Source: Spirochaetia bacterium (GTDB taxonomy: Bacteria; Spirochaetota; Spirochaetia; SP-2023). Taken from it: a stretch of DNA of 64,000 bases. This document shows, in pieces, positions 1 to 8,906 of the stretch. The position numbers and the translations under genes are program-made. Below the pieces are notes generated by a model, which was given only the letters and a program-made list of their open reading frames with translations, did not search any database and was not told where the DNA came from. The first letter of the stretch is position 1. Each line of letters opens with the position of its first letter. Location of the stretch: contig CBDDCK010000005.1 in the NCBI GenBank assembly GCA_965225855.1, positions 1,472,001 to 1,536,000 of the forward strand, given 5' to 3'.

Positions 1-220
1 GAGTTAATAACTTTGTCTGGTATTGCGAATAAGGTGCTACCAAAGTTTTCACTGTAATATCTGGCTTGCTTTTTGTAAAACCATCAATAATAGTTTGTTC
101 TACACCAATAGCTTCCGGGTCCCCCCAGAACGCATATATAATATTGTTATCCGAGCCCTTATTCTCTTTACAAGAAAGCAATAACACCAATATAAAAGCA
201 GATGTTAAAAAACTTTTCAT
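1..220 (-). CDS. Sugar ABC transporter substrate-binding lipoprotein, N-terminal part (runs off the window)
   Basis: Manual translation from ATG at 220 gives MKSFLTSAFILVLLLSCKENKGSDNNIIYAFWGDPEAIGVEQTIIDGFTKSKPDITVK..PYSQYQTKL. It has a lipobox LLSC, an N-terminus typical of family-1 solute-binding proteins and an AAGGA RBS. Not in the ORF track. Confidence 0.75.
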   Translation of the reverse strand, partial: MKSFLTSAFILVLLLSCKENKGSDNNIIYAFWGDPEAIGVEQTIIDGFTKSKPDITVKTLVAPYSQYQTKLLT

Positions 221-362
221 TTTTAATTCCTTGTTAAAATTTCTCATTAGATTTTTACCGAGATAATTACTTTACTTCGGTTTTACAGAACTATTCAATA
301 TATTGTAAAGCATAAATTTGTATATGTCCAGAACAAAAAATATTTTTTGTACCCACCACGGA

Positions 363-1481
363 TCAAGTTTTCATTAAAGTGGGATCAAACAATTTTGGCG
401 AAGCACTAAGCGGAAGTTGCACTTTGCTACCGCCATTCAAAGCCGATTGATAAATTGCTAGAATAATCTCTACAGATTTACGTCCCTCGTGGCCATTTAC
501 CAATGGTTTATCTCCCAAATTAATGGCTCTTAGGGCATCTTCAAAAACTCGTTTATGTCCTGTAAAATCGATCTCCCGAGGATCTGCTGCACCTAGACCT
601 ATATTCGCATCCAAGACTTGTTGACCATATTTCTTAATAATATCATGATCTTTGGCTAGCTTATGTTTGAAATCCCAAACTTTCAGCTTGTCATCTTGCA
701 TAAAAACAGAGCCGTCTGAGCCGCAAATATGAACTTCAGCCCCATGTCCGGTTGTCGAATAACAATTTGTTGAACCTTCTATCACACCAATTGCCCCATT
801 TTCAAATTCTAGGATAGCGACCGCGATATCTTCTACTTCTATTCTTTCGTGAATTTGTCGCTTGGCAAAAGCACAAAGAGAACGTATATCACCCGCAAGG
901 TAATACAACAGATCAATGGTATGGATAGACTGATTCATCAAAGCCCCTCCTCCATCTAATTGCCATGTTCCGCGCCAGGCTCCACTGTCATAGTATTCCT
1001 GGCTACGATGCCACTTTATATAGGCATCTACCATAGCTATCTGCCCTAAACGCCCAGCCTCAACTGCTTTTTTAAACTCGGTAACCGAAGCTAAAAAGCG
1101 ACGAGGATGGATTCCAGCCAAAATAACTCCATTCTTCTTACAAGCTGTAATCATGGCATCAATTCGTTCTAGGGTAACTTCTAAAGGCTTTTCACAAATA
1201 ACATGCTTACCAGCATCAGCAGCAGCAATTGCAGGCTCTAGATGGGCTCCGCTAGGGGTTGCAATCGTTATAATATCTAAATCAGAATGTTGTAAAAAAC
1301 TCTCGTAATCAGAATAAGCCTTACATTGATATTTTGCCGCTAGTCTATTTGCGTTTTCTTGATGCCGAGAAAAAACACATGAAAGATGAGCATACCTGAT
1401 AGCATTTATCGCCTGCGCATGAAATTCAGCAATCATGCCACAACCGACAATCCCAATACCCATATTTCTTTCTATTTGCAT
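363..1481 (-). CDS. Gfo/Idh/MocA family oxidoreductase
   Basis: GIVGCGMIA Rossmann motif, HVICEKP, GGGALMNQSIHTID. Confidence 0.92.
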   Translation of the reverse strand: MQIERNMGIGIVGCGMIAEFHAQAINAIRYAHLSCVFSRHQENANRLAAKYQCKAYSDYESFLQHSDLDIITIATPSGAHLEPAIAAADAGKHVICEKPLEVTLERIDAMITACKKNGVILAGIHPRRFLASVTEFKKAVEAGRLGQIAMVDAYIKWHRSQEYYDSGAWRGTWQLDGGGALMNQSIHTIDLLYYLAGDIRSLCAFAKRQIHERIEVEDIAVAILEFENGAIGVIEGSTNCYSTTGHGAEVHICGSDGSVFMQDDKLKVWDFKHKLAKDHDIIKKYGQQVLDANIGLGAADPREIDFTGHKRVFEDALRAINLGDKPLVNGHEGRKSVEIILAIYQSALNGGSKVQLPLSASPKLFDPTLMKT

Positions 1482-1597
1482 ATTTGTTTACTTTAAAAAC
1501 ATGTTATATGAGCAATATTACATCATAACTACTGCAACACAAAGTTGATAACATTAATCTCTTTCATAACAATACAGCAGAGGCACCGTAAAAGTTA

Positions 1598-1982
1598 TTA
1601 TCTTTTATTTTCTCTCTCACTAATTTTGTTCATCATAGCAATAAACCAACGACTACGACTAACAAGAGCAAACAAAATTAAGAGAATTAGAACAATACAG
1701 ATAGGCCTAGAAATAAAAGGTAGTATAGCCCCATCGGAAATAACTAAGGCTCTCCTGAGATTTTTATCCAGTATACTGCCTAAAATAATACCAAGAATCA
1801 TGGGGCTAAAGGATATTCTAATTCACGCATGATATATCCCAAAATCCCCAAAAAAATCATAATTTTTATATCAAAATCCCGGCTTGCCAGAGCATAAGAA
1901 CCAATGACGCAAAGCGTGAAAATGATAGGTACTAATTTTGTTCTCGATATTTGCAAAATTTTCACTAAAGATTTCACCATAG
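1598..1982 (-). pseudogene. tctA: 3' remnant of tripartite tricarboxylate transporter TctA, frameshifted and 5'-truncated by the element at 1983
   Basis: ORFs 1798-1980 and 1598-1801 join into the TctA C-terminus (IIFTLCVIGSYA...GILGYIM..LEYPLAP/MILGIILGSILDKNLRRALVISDG...FISRPI). Frameshift near 1800. The 5' part is absent. Confidence 0.85.
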
Positions 1983-2028
1983 TGATGCAGGACGTGATAA
2001 CTTTGTGCCATCGGACGTGATAACTCGA
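1983..2028. repeat. Right (gene-downstream) terminal sequence of the element, with two GGACGTGATAACT sites (1990, 2013)
   Basis: 46 bp identical to the reverse complement of 25775-25820. Confidence 0.9.
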
Positions 2029-2252
2029 CTCTTCTACTTTCCAGAATGGCTATAATTGATAAAAGCAGCCTTGATAAAAAAACTTACCAAGGCTATAATT
2101 GGCCAATGCAAGCGTTGCAACAACAAGATACAGCCTAATAGCCCAACAAAAAAGCCAACCAAGCATTGCTTACCGCATTTACTTGGTTGGCCTGCCAGCC
2201 AGCTTTCATTTAGCTGCTCTAAGAGCTATTGGGCAAGCGCAGTCAAACTAAA

Positions 2253-4637
2253 TTAATTACCAACCAAAATATTAGTTCTTCGGTCTGCTGGACTACCCAT
2301 TACAAATCCTGCTGCTGCTTCCAGGTTGTATTCACCAGTATCATCACTAATACCATTCTTAACCAGTATCTTCTCGGCTTCCGCTTTTACACTACCGCTT
2401 AAAGTAATATATAAGTTTGTTGCACTTGCACGAGAACCTGTGGCTGTGTTTTCACCTGCGGTTGCGTGCTTAGGTAATGTGTATCTCTTACTACTATCAC
2501 CGGATACAAGCGTCAATTTGCTAAAGTCCCACTCTGCAACTGTTGTCGGTAAATTAGTACCCTGAATCACTAACTCGCCTCTATTAGCATAGTAGATTGA
2601 GGCGATGATGCTGGCTACATACCCACTAACGGTAATAGGGTTACTTGTGTCTTCAGCGCTACCACCTGCAAATCCTGCTGCTGCTTCCAGGTTGTATGCA
2701 CCATTATCATCACTATCACCATTCTTAACCAGTATACTATTGGCTTTATCGTATTCAGTACCCTTTAAAGTAATCGTTAAGCTTGTTGCACTGGCTGCAG
2801 AACCTGTGGCTCTGTTTATACCGGTTGGTCTGTGCCATAATAATGGTTGACTCTTACGACCATTACCTGCGACAAGCCTCAATTTGGTGAAGTCCCAGCC
2901 TGTAACTGCTTTTGGTAAATTAGTGCCTGTAATCACTAACATGCCTGTAACAATATTGTAGGTTGCACTGGTAATTGCGGGTGCGGGGTTTCCACTAACG
3001 GTTAAGTCTTTGGCTGTATTTAAACCCGCCCAAGCACCAGTGCCAACGCTAAGTAACCCATCTTTTAGACCATTGCTATCCATACCTGTTTTGCCATTCA
3101 GAGTAGCTTTATGTTGATCGGTAAGTTTCAGCCAAAGCGCTGTACCATCGTTTTTCATGCGGTACTTACCTTTTGCAAGACCGCGACTATCTGGCCCAGT
3201 GGCATCGTCATCTGCAGTATAGGAACTTAAGGCTAGGCCATCTACCACGATGGTTTGGATTTGGGCTTGGGTCGCACTAGCTAAGTCAGTACCTTGTACA
3301 GTTAACAGCGCCGTGCCAACATTGTAGCTTGCACGGGTAATTGCGGGGTTACCACTAACGGCCAAGGCTTTGGCTGTATTTAAACCCGCCCAAGCACCAG
3401 TGCCAACGCTAAGCAACCCATCTTTTAGACCATTGCTATCCATACCTGTCTTGCCATTCAGAGTAGTTTTATGTCGATCGGTAAGTTTCAGCCAAAGCGC
3501 TGTGCCAGCGCTATGCAGGCGGTACTTACCTTTTGCAAGACTGCGACTATCTGGCCCAGTGGCTGTGCCATCTGCAGTATAGGAACTTAAGGCTAAGCCA
3601 TCTACCGTGATGGTTTGGATTTGGGCTTGGGTCGCACTACCTAAGTGAGTACCTTGCAAGGTTAACAGCGCCGTGCCAACATGGTAGCTTGCACCGGTAA
3701 TTGCGGGGTTTCCACTAACGGTTAAGGCTTTGGCTGTATCTAAACCCGCCCAACTACCAGTGCTAGTAAGCAACCCATCTTTTAGACCATTGCTATCCAT
3801 ACCGTCCTTGCCATTCAGAGTAGTTTTATGTTGATCGGTAAGGTAAAGCCAAAGCGCTGTGCCATCGCTTTTAATACGGTACTTACCTTTTGCAAGACTG
3901 CTACTATCTGCCCCAGTGGCTGTGCCATCTGCAGTATAAGAATTTAAGACTAGGTCATATACTTTGATGGTTTGGATTTGGGCTTGGGTCGCAGTTGTAG
4001 GACTTAAGTTAGAACCTTGTACAGTTAGCAGCGCCGTGCCAACATGGTAGCTTGCACGGGTAATTGCAGCTTCAGGCGACTGCTCTTCAGCTTGTTCGAC
4101 TTGTTCAGCTTGTTCGTCTTCAGTTTGCTTAGATGGCTGATTGTCATCGGATACTTTAGACTGCTTATCGGGTACATTCCTAACGGTTAAGTCTTTGGCT
4201 GTATTTAAACCCGCCCAAGCACCAGAGCTAGTAAGCAACCCTTTTTTTAGACCATTGGTATTCATACCCACCTTGGTCTGAAGAGCAGCTTTATGTGGAT
4301 CGGTAAGTCTAAGCCAAAGCTCTGTGCCATCGTTTGCAATACGGTACTTACCTTTTGCAAGACCGTTACTATCTGGCCCAGTGGCTGGGTCATCTGCAGT
4401 ATAGGAATCTAAAGCTATGCCATCTACTACGATGGTTTGGATTTGGGCTTCTGTAGGACTTAAGTCAGTACCTTGTACGGTTAACAGAGCCGTAGCAAAG
4501 TCGTAGATGGCATTATTGATAGACGGCCCAGAAGATGGCCCAGAAGATCGATCATCGTCATCGGGTGGGGCGCAGGCCAAGGCCATAAAGGCCAGTAGCA
4601 ATGCTACAGGCAATAAAAGTAGTTTGAGCTTATACAT
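2253..4637 (-). CDS. Surface lipoprotein with tandem beta-rich (Ig/IPT-like) repeats, allele 1 (4 type-A + 2 type-B repeats)
   Basis: GGAGG RBS before ATG 4637. Signal peptide MYKLKLLLLPVALLLAFMALA-C. About 120-aa repeats AITxAxYxVGTALLTxQGTxL and AITSATYNxxTGxLVITGTNLP. E/Q-rich linker. Confidence 0.85.
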   Translation of the reverse strand: MYKLKLLLLPVALLLAFMALACAPPDDDDRSSGPSSGPSINNAIYDFATALLTVQGTDLSPTEAQIQTIVVDGIALDSYTADDPATGPDSNGLAKGKYRIANDGTELWLRLTDPHKAALQTKVGMNTNGLKKGLLTSSGAWAGLNTAKDLTVRNVPDKQSKVSDDNQPSKQTEDEQAEQVEQAEEQSPEAAITRASYHVGTALLTVQGSNLSPTTATQAQIQTIKVYDLVLNSYTADGTATGADSSSLAKGKYRIKSDGTALWLYLTDQHKTTLNGKDGMDSNGLKDGLLTSTGSWAGLDTAKALTVSGNPAITGASYHVGTALLTLQGTHLGSATQAQIQTITVDGLALSSYTADGTATGPDSRSLAKGKYRLHSAGTALWLKLTDRHKTTLNGKTGMDSNGLKDGLLSVGTGAWAGLNTAKALAVSGNPAITRASYNVGTALLTVQGTDLASATQAQIQTIVVDGLALSSYTADDDATGPDSRGLAKGKYRMKNDGTALWLKLTDQHKATLNGKTGMDSNGLKDGLLSVGTGAWAGLNTAKDLTVSGNPAPAITSATYNIVTGMLVITGTNLPKAVTGWDFTKLRLVAGNGRKSQPLLWHRPTGINRATGSAASATSLTITLKGTEYDKANSILVKNGDSDDNGAYNLEAAAGFAGGSAEDTSNPITVSGYVASIIASIYYANRGELVIQGTNLPTTVAEWDFSKLTLVSGDSSKRYTLPKHATAGENTATGSRASATNLYITLSGSVKAEAEKILVKNGISDDTGEYNLEAAAGFVMGSPADRRTNILVGN

Positions 4638-4700
4638 AAGCAATACCTCCAACAATGGATAAAGATTGGCCAACCCATACGGGCTAGTCTGTAAATCCCC

Positions 4701-4726
4701 ATTTTGCTAGGGGGGTGTTGCGTCAA
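4701..4726 (-). promoter_or_regulatory. Putative sigma70 promoter of allele 1, poly-C6 in spacer
   Basis: TTGACG-CAACA-C6-TAG-CAAAAT, 14-nt spacer. Confidence 0.55.
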
Positions 4727-4883
4727 GGCCTTTATAAGGCTTTTTGTAAGTTTTTTTGTGTTAGGGCACTTTTTTTGTGTCTTAGTGTTGTAAGGTGGTT
4801 CAAAATCCATGCCAATCAAAAGGCTTGAGATTATTTGAGATACCTTGGGTAAAAATTTGTAATACGCTAGACGCAGTCCGGGC

Positions 4884-5305
4884 GTTGCGTTGCGTATGAT
4901 CGTACGAAACATCATGGCACAAAGTATAAGAATAAGAATTTGAGTTTTTTGTATCGCAGTACAGCCCAGTTTTTAGCAAAATAATACAATACAATTTTTT
5001 GCGATTTTTTTAGAGACTGCCACAGCCTCGTTGGAAAATCCCCAGGTTGCCAATCAAGAAAGCTAGTAAGGTTTTCAGTCAAAACCTTACTAGCTTTCTT
5101 CAGAAACCTTACTAGCTTTTTGAGACCGTGGCCCGTTACCATGATATTTTAAAAGCATATTGTTGCCGACAACCCATATGCCGAAAAACAAAAATTTTTT
5201 TACCTTTTTATTTTGGAAAGTAAGCCAATTTTTACCTTCCATTTGTCCCCAAAAAAATCCCGAGTTATCGCGTCTTATCCCGTTCAGTTATCATGTTCCG
5301 GATCA
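4884..5305. repeat. Conserved left arm of the element (about 420 bp), including the left terminal sequence
   Basis: Near-identical to the reverse complement of 36059-36492. Confidence 0.9.
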
Positions 5306-5886
5306 ACTATTTAGTCGGGGCTCTTCACGCAAACAATTTTGGCAATACAATGTTGATCGGGTTTGTTGCCTTGGGGTGTTGGTTGGGGGTGGGGCAGCTA
5401 TTGGTTTGGTGTTGGGGTGGGGCTATTGTGGCTTTTCATTATTGATCTGCTGTGGAGACCATATAAAAAGGTGTTGGGCAAGACTCAATAATTCTAATTT
5501 CTATAGAAATTAGATAAAACCAAAAAAGACGCAACAATTTATATCCCATATTGTTAAAAAATTCTGCGTCAAAATCCTTTTTGGTTGGCCTTCCCTTTTT
5601 AAAATAGTGTTAAATAACTTTTTCAACCAAACCAGCTTTTAAACAACGGGTGCAAATCTTCATACGCTAATCTTTGCTTTATATATGCCTTTAATGTTTA
5701 ACAAATTGGGCTTAAAATTCCGAGGAACACGCTTGACAACATGCTGACCTGCCCTTCTCTATTAGGGCTATTAGAATTCAAAAATTTGTAATACACTTGT
5801 AATACACAATAAATAATAAATTTTTGAAAATATCATATTATCTGGGAAATGAAAAATAAATTATGTAAACATTGAAGTTACAAAAC

Positions 5887-6663
5887 ATGAATAAAATTTT
5901 ATTTCACCAAAGCGAATTCAAGCATTCTGCTCATTTATCGCTAAATGCGAATGACTATAGAGCTCAACATTTACAAAAAATACTGAAAGCAAAAAACGGT
6001 AACTCTTTTGAAGCAGGTATTATCAATACAGAAATAACCGGTAAATTTCATATTGAAAACATAGCCTATGATAACTCTATCACTGGTTACTTTGTCGGAG
6101 GACATGACCCATTACAAAAACTACGTTGGCAAAATCTACGTATTGGCATTGGATTAACCCGCCCCCCCGTATTAAAACGCCTATTACAAGATTTTGCTTC
6201 TGCTGGAATCGAAGAAATCGCCTTACTGCAAACCAAACTATGTGAGGGTGAATATTCCAAAAGCCATATTTGGAATAAACTACAGCATTATCTAATTTTA
6301 GGCGCTGAACAAGGCCGAATCAATCGTTTACCCCGCTTAATTGTTGGCAATAATCAAGGCATCGGCTTAAACGAATATCTTGAAAAAATTAAGGAACTCC
6401 AACAAAAGCAAATTGTACTACCAAAAAATTGCATTATTCTCAATGAACATGGAACTCGCCGATACACATTACCAGAGATTCCAAATGCCACCAAACCAAT
6501 GTATATAATCTGCTTGGGCCCAGAAAGAGGTTGGACAGCAAATGAATTACAAACATTTCAGGATAAAAATTTTACAAGCTGTAGTTTCGGAACAATTACT
6601 TTAAGAACAGAAGTTGCTGCACATTTGGCATTAGGTTTATATTTACTGGAAACACAAAGATAA
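5887..6663 (+). CDS. rsmE: 16S rRNA m3U1498 methyltransferase RsmE
   Basis: C-terminal SPOUT motifs ICLGPERGWT and GTITLRTEVA; MNKILF N-terminus; HLQKILK. Confidence 0.85.
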   Translation: MNKILFHQSEFKHSAHLSLNANDYRAQHLQKILKAKNGNSFEAGIINTEITGKFHIENIAYDNSITGYFVGGHDPLQKLRWQNLRIGIGLTRPPVLKRLLQDFASAGIEEIALLQTKLCEGEYSKSHIWNKLQHYLILGAEQGRINRLPRLIVGNNQGIGLNEYLEKIKELQQKQIVLPKNCIILNEHGTRRYTLPEIPNATKPMYIICLGPERGWTANELQTFQDKNFTSCSFGTITLRTEVAAHLALGLYLLETQR

Positions 6664-6952
6664 CAAAACACTCTCCATCAAATATTACTGTATATACACA
6701 GCCCCTGAAAACTTCTAAAATGTTTCCTAAATTTTTAAAAAATCTAAATTAGGAATACCACCCCAACCAAATAGATATTTTTCGGCCTAATAAAGCTTGT
6801 CCTTTCGTGCTTTCCGAATTATCTTTATCATAGCCTTAAGCCTTTAATTTTAAATACAAATAGGCTAATGGAAAAAAGCCAAATTTAGCGATAGTGCTTT
6901 GCAAAAAGCAATCTTACAATAGCTAAGTCAAGCTCAATATTAAGGATGGAAC

Positions 6953-7531
6953 ATGCCCTATTTACCCAATATTTTTGAACGACAAGGCGGAGTTGAACGT
7001 GGTTACGATATATACTCACGCCTATTGATAGACCGTATTGTTTTTTTGCAGGGGCAGATACACGATGAATCTGCAGATGCTGTAGTCGCGCAATTATTAT
7101 TTCTCGATTCCCAAAATCCAGAAAAAGAGATCAGCTTGTATATCAATTCTCCGGGCGGCTCAGTAACGTCTGGCTTAGCTATCTACGACACAATTCAATA
7201 CATTCGCCCCAAGGTACAAACTTTTTGTTTAGGGCAGGCAGCATCTATGGCAGCTGTAATCCTTTCTGCAGGAGAAAAAGGTTCCCGTTTCATTTTACCT
7301 TCTAGCCGTGTTATATTGCATCAACCTTGGGGTGGCGCAGAAGGCCAGTCCAGAGACTTGGCCATTACAGCTAAGGAAATTGTTCGGCTAAAAGAATTAT
7401 TGATAGGATATGTTGCCAAAAATACAGGGCAAACTTATGAAGTAATTGCCAAAGATATCGATCGCGATTTTTATTTGCCTGCCAAAGAATCAGTTGAATA
7501 CGGTATTGTAGACCAAGTAATGCAACGTTGA
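6953..7531 (+). CDS. clpP: ATP-dependent Clp protease proteolytic subunit
   Basis: YDIYSRLL, YINSPGGSV, GQAASMAA, ILHQPWGG. Confidence 0.97.
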   Translation: MPYLPNIFERQGGVERGYDIYSRLLIDRIVFLQGQIHDESADAVVAQLLFLDSQNPEKEISLYINSPGGSVTSGLAIYDTIQYIRPKVQTFCLGQAASMAAVILSAGEKGSRFILPSSRVILHQPWGGAEGQSRDLAITAKEIVRLKELLIGYVAKNTGQTYEVIAKDIDRDFYLPAKESVEYGIVDQVMQR

Positions 7532-7568
7532 ACAACGAAAAACTGAGTGTTAAAAGAAGGTGTAATAT

Positions 7569-8906
7569 ATGGCTAGAAAAAAAGATAAAGGAAATTTAAG
7601 CTGTTCTTTTTGTGGGCGCAGTAAAACAGAAAGCAAACAGCTTATTTCCGGTAAGAACGGCTACATTTGTGATGCATGCGTGGCAGCATGTGCGGTGCTA
7701 CTAAGTGAAGATGCCAATAACGATGAAGAGCTTATTCTCGATGAAAAGGCAGAAGGGATGGAAGAAAATCTACCCAGCCCAATCGAAATCAAAGAATTTC
7801 TCGACCAATACGTAATTGGTCAAAATCACGCAAAAAAAGTGTTATCTGTTGCTGTTTACAGCCATTACAAACGCATTAATAACATGGCTAGTAAAACTGA
7901 AATTGGTGATGGTATTGAGCTAGAAAAATCAAATATTTTGCTGATTGGCCCTACTGGTTCAGGGAAAACTCTTTTAGCCAAAACTCTAGCCAAGAAACTA
8001 AAAGTTCCTTTTGCTATTGCCGATGCAACAACTCTTACCGAAGCCGGCTACGTTGGTGAAGATGTAGAAAACATCCTGCTCAAATTAATCCAAGCTGCAG
8101 ATGGTAATATTACAGCGGCTGAACACGGTATTATTTACATTGATGAAATTGATAAAGTAACCAAAAAAGGGGAAAATATTTCTATTACCCGCGATGTTTC
8201 TGGTGAAGGTGTTCAACAAGCTTTACTCAAAATTATTGAAGGGACAGTTGCCTCTGTACCACCACAAGGAGGGCGTAAGCACCCTAATCAAGAAATGTTG
8301 CGCCTCGATACCTCAAATATTTTGGTGATTTGTGGAGGGGCATTTGTTGGTTTAGACAAAATCATTGAACGGCGTGTTGCCCGTAACCCCATTGGTTTTG
8401 GGGCTTTGGAAAGCCGTGACCACAAAATTCACGACAATTTAATGTATCAAGTTTTGCCCGAAGATTTAGTCAAGTTTGGCCTAATTCCTGAATTTATCGG
8501 TCGCTTACCTGTAATTTCAACGCTCAATGACCTAGGCGAAGCCGACATGATTCGCATTCTCACCGAGCCAAAAAATGCTGTGTTGCGTCAATTTTCAACA
8601 TTAATGAACATGGATGATATAAATTTACAAGTAGAAGATGCGGCTATTCAAGCTATGGCTAAGCAAGCTTTAGATCGAGGCACAGGTGCTAGAGGCTTGC
8701 GTTCCATTTTGGAAAATAAGTTGTTACCGGCTATGTACGAATTACCCTCGGTCGAAGATAAAAAGTGCGCAGTTTTAACTGAAGAATCGATCAACAATGG
8801 TGATATTCAGCCTCCTGTATTACTTGGCGATGCGATTGAATCGGAAATAGCTGCATGGCCCAAAAAATTGTATGAAGCTAAAACTCAACAAAAATTCGCC
8901 TCCTAA
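7569..8906 (+). CDS. clpX: Clp protease ATP-binding subunit ClpX
   Basis: CSFCG...YICDAC zinc finger, [28 protein letters not shown]. Confidence 0.97.
   Translation: MARKKDKGNLSCSFCGRSKTESKQLISGKNGYICDACVAACAVLLSEDANNDEELILDEKAEGMEENLPSPIEIKEFLDQYVIGQNHAKKVLSVAVYSHYKRINNMASKTEIGDGIELEKSNILLIGPTGSGKTLLAKTLAKKLKVPFAIADATTLTEAGYVGEDVENILLKLIQAADGNITAAEHGIIYIDEIDKVTKKGENISITRDVSGEGVQQALLKIIEGTVASVPPQGGRKHPNQEMLRLDTSNILVICGGAFVGLDKIIERRVARNPIGFGALESRDHKIHDNLMYQVLPEDLVKFGLIPEFIGRLPVISTLNDLGEADMIRILTEPKNAVLRQFSTLMNMDDINLQVEDAAIQAMAKQALDRGTGARGLRSILENKLLPAMYELPSVEDKKCAVLTEESINNGDIQPPVLLGDAIESEIAAWPKKLYEAKTQQKFAS

Larger units (their letters stand above)
1983..5305 (-). mobile_element. Non-autonomous TG...CA element copy 1 (both ends intact) carrying a repeat lipoprotein gene
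   Basis: Ends are TGATGCAGGACGTGATAACT (from 1983) and TGATCCGGAACATGATAACT (reverse complement, ending 5305). Each has a second GATAACT site 23 bp inward. The same ends recur at 25820 and 36059. No transposase inside. Confidence 0.75.

Noticed and set aside
1978..5312. Target-site duplication around element copy 1
   Set aside because: Flanks CATAG and ACTAT are not direct repeats, and no 4-8 bp match is visible between any pair of ends in the window
4604..5513. ORFs 4604-4915, 4800-4994, 4912-5142 and 5160-5513 (and 36013-36228, 36433-36663) as element-encoded proteins or a transposase
   Set aside because: The frames are not preserved between the near-identical arms (for example MVTG.. stops after 20 codons in copy 3), some cross the element boundary, and none shows DDE motifs
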